Source: Endomicrobium sp.
GTDB taxonomy: Bacteria; Elusimicrobiota; Endomicrobiia; Endomicrobiales; Endomicrobiaceae
Assembly: GCA_031262885.1 (NCBI GenBank)
Contig: JAISGV010000001.1
Span: 822-64,821, forward strand
Reading direction: 5' to 3'
DNA: 64,000 nucleotides
Below, piece by piece: positions 63,176 through 64,000 of this stretch (positions within the stretch are counted from its first letter, which is position 1; every line of letters starts with the position of its first letter). The notes beneath the pieces are model-generated. The model made no database searches, had not been told where the DNA came from, and saw only the letters and a program-made list of their open reading frames with translations. The position numbers and the translations under genes are program-made.

Positions 63176-64000
63176 ATGTTAAGTAAAATAATAAATATAA
63201 ATATAAAAGATAATATATTAGATTCAATATCAAATTATATTTGTGAAAAAAAAGAATTGAATAATAAAAAAATAGCAATAATAAGTGGAGGAAAAAGACC
63301 TTTTTTATTCTTGAAAAATAGACTCAATAAAAAGCGTACTAACCTTTTTTTACCATATTTTTTTACTAGTAATGATTTTATTGATAAAATTATTACAGAT
63401 AATTTTAGTTTAGTTAAAATTTTTCCATTGGAAGCTGCATACATTATATTTAATATTATTAGGAATGACGCAGAAATTAATTTGATAAATAACAGAAAAT
63501 CTTTTGGAGAGTTTCTAGATTGGTCTTTTGAAATTTTAGCTTTTATAGAACAGATGGACTTAGAGAATGTAACTAATGACAAACTTAAATATATAAAAGC
63601 CAATGCTGAAATAGGTTATAATGTGCCTAATAATATTAATTCTTTGCTTAAAAATATTTTTAAAATAAGAAAATGTTTTCATAAAAATTTAGAACAAATA
63701 AAAAAAACTACAAGAGGATATAGTTTTTTTAAAACTGCGAATATAATAAAAACTGAAGATATAGTTTGTAATTTTGATGAAATCATATTAATGGCTCCAT
63801 TTTATTTATATAAAACGGAAATTAGCATTTTTAAAAAAATATATAATATTAATAAGTTAACAATTTTTGTTCAGGGGAATCCTAAAGATTATAATATTCT
63901 ATCAGAGCTATATTTATATTTTGAAAAAAAAGTTCCTAACATAATTTCTGAAATAGAAAAGTTCAATTATAAATTAAATATTTTTTCTGCTTCTGATGAT
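63176..64000 (+). CDS. AddB-like partner protein (3'-truncated by window edge; not in ORF track)
   Basis: Open frame from ATG 63176 to the window end (MLSKIININIKDNILDSI...KIAIISGGKRPFLFL...), resembling the inactive-helicase N-terminus of AddB-like proteins; 6 nt after the AddA-like stop. Confidence 0.65.
   Translation, partial: MLSKIININIKDNILDSISNYICEKKELNNKKIAIISGGKRPFLFLKNRLNKKRTNLFLPYFFTSNDFIDKIITDNFSLVKIFPLEAAYIIFNIIRNDAEINLINNRKSFGEFLDWSFEILAFIEQMDLENVTNDKLKYIKANAEIGYNVPNNINSLLKNIFKIRKCFHKNLEQIKKTTRGYSFFKTANIIKTEDIVCNFDEIILMAPFYLYKTEISIFKKIYNINKLTIFVQGNPKDYNILSELYLYFEKKVPNIISEIEKFNYKLNIFSASDD

Overview
Very AT-rich (roughly 20-25% GC by eye), gene-dense bacterial DNA using translation table 11, with almost all genes on the + strand. 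It looks like a reduced genome of an anaerobic, probably diderm, host-associated bacterium. Gene content (4-subunit PFOR, split MetH, flavodiiron protein, OprB-like porin) suggests Elusimicrobiota/Endomicrobium, but this is inference only. Contents in order: S10-spc-alpha ribosomal superoperon (no rpmD) running directly into mreB-mrdA-rodA (no mreC/mreD); a small acidic lipoprotein; a porin-like gene; gatC-corA-gatA-gatB; rubredoxin-iscS-like-iscU-fprA; secG; rplM-rpsI; guaB; NifU-C; lysC; feoAB; dnaX; porCDAB; a radical SAM-DUF2344 fusion with RNase G; PBP1A; hisS; split metH; nadA; a PTS phosphorelay; lepA-lepB; NfeD/SPFH; DUF4416; smpB; AddA/AddB-like genes; and six tRNAs. No mobile elements or CRISPR were seen. 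The top finding is the IscS homolog: it has lost the PLP Schiff-base lysine and several substrate-binding residues but keeps the SGSAC cysteine and the IscU-docking tail, inside a rubredoxin/IscU/FprA operon. This suggests desulfurase-independent Fe-S assembly. Also notable are an apparently nuclease-dead AddA, a possible poly(A)-slippage-dependent feoA, and an orphan lipoprotein with a C-terminal Lys beside the elongasome genes.
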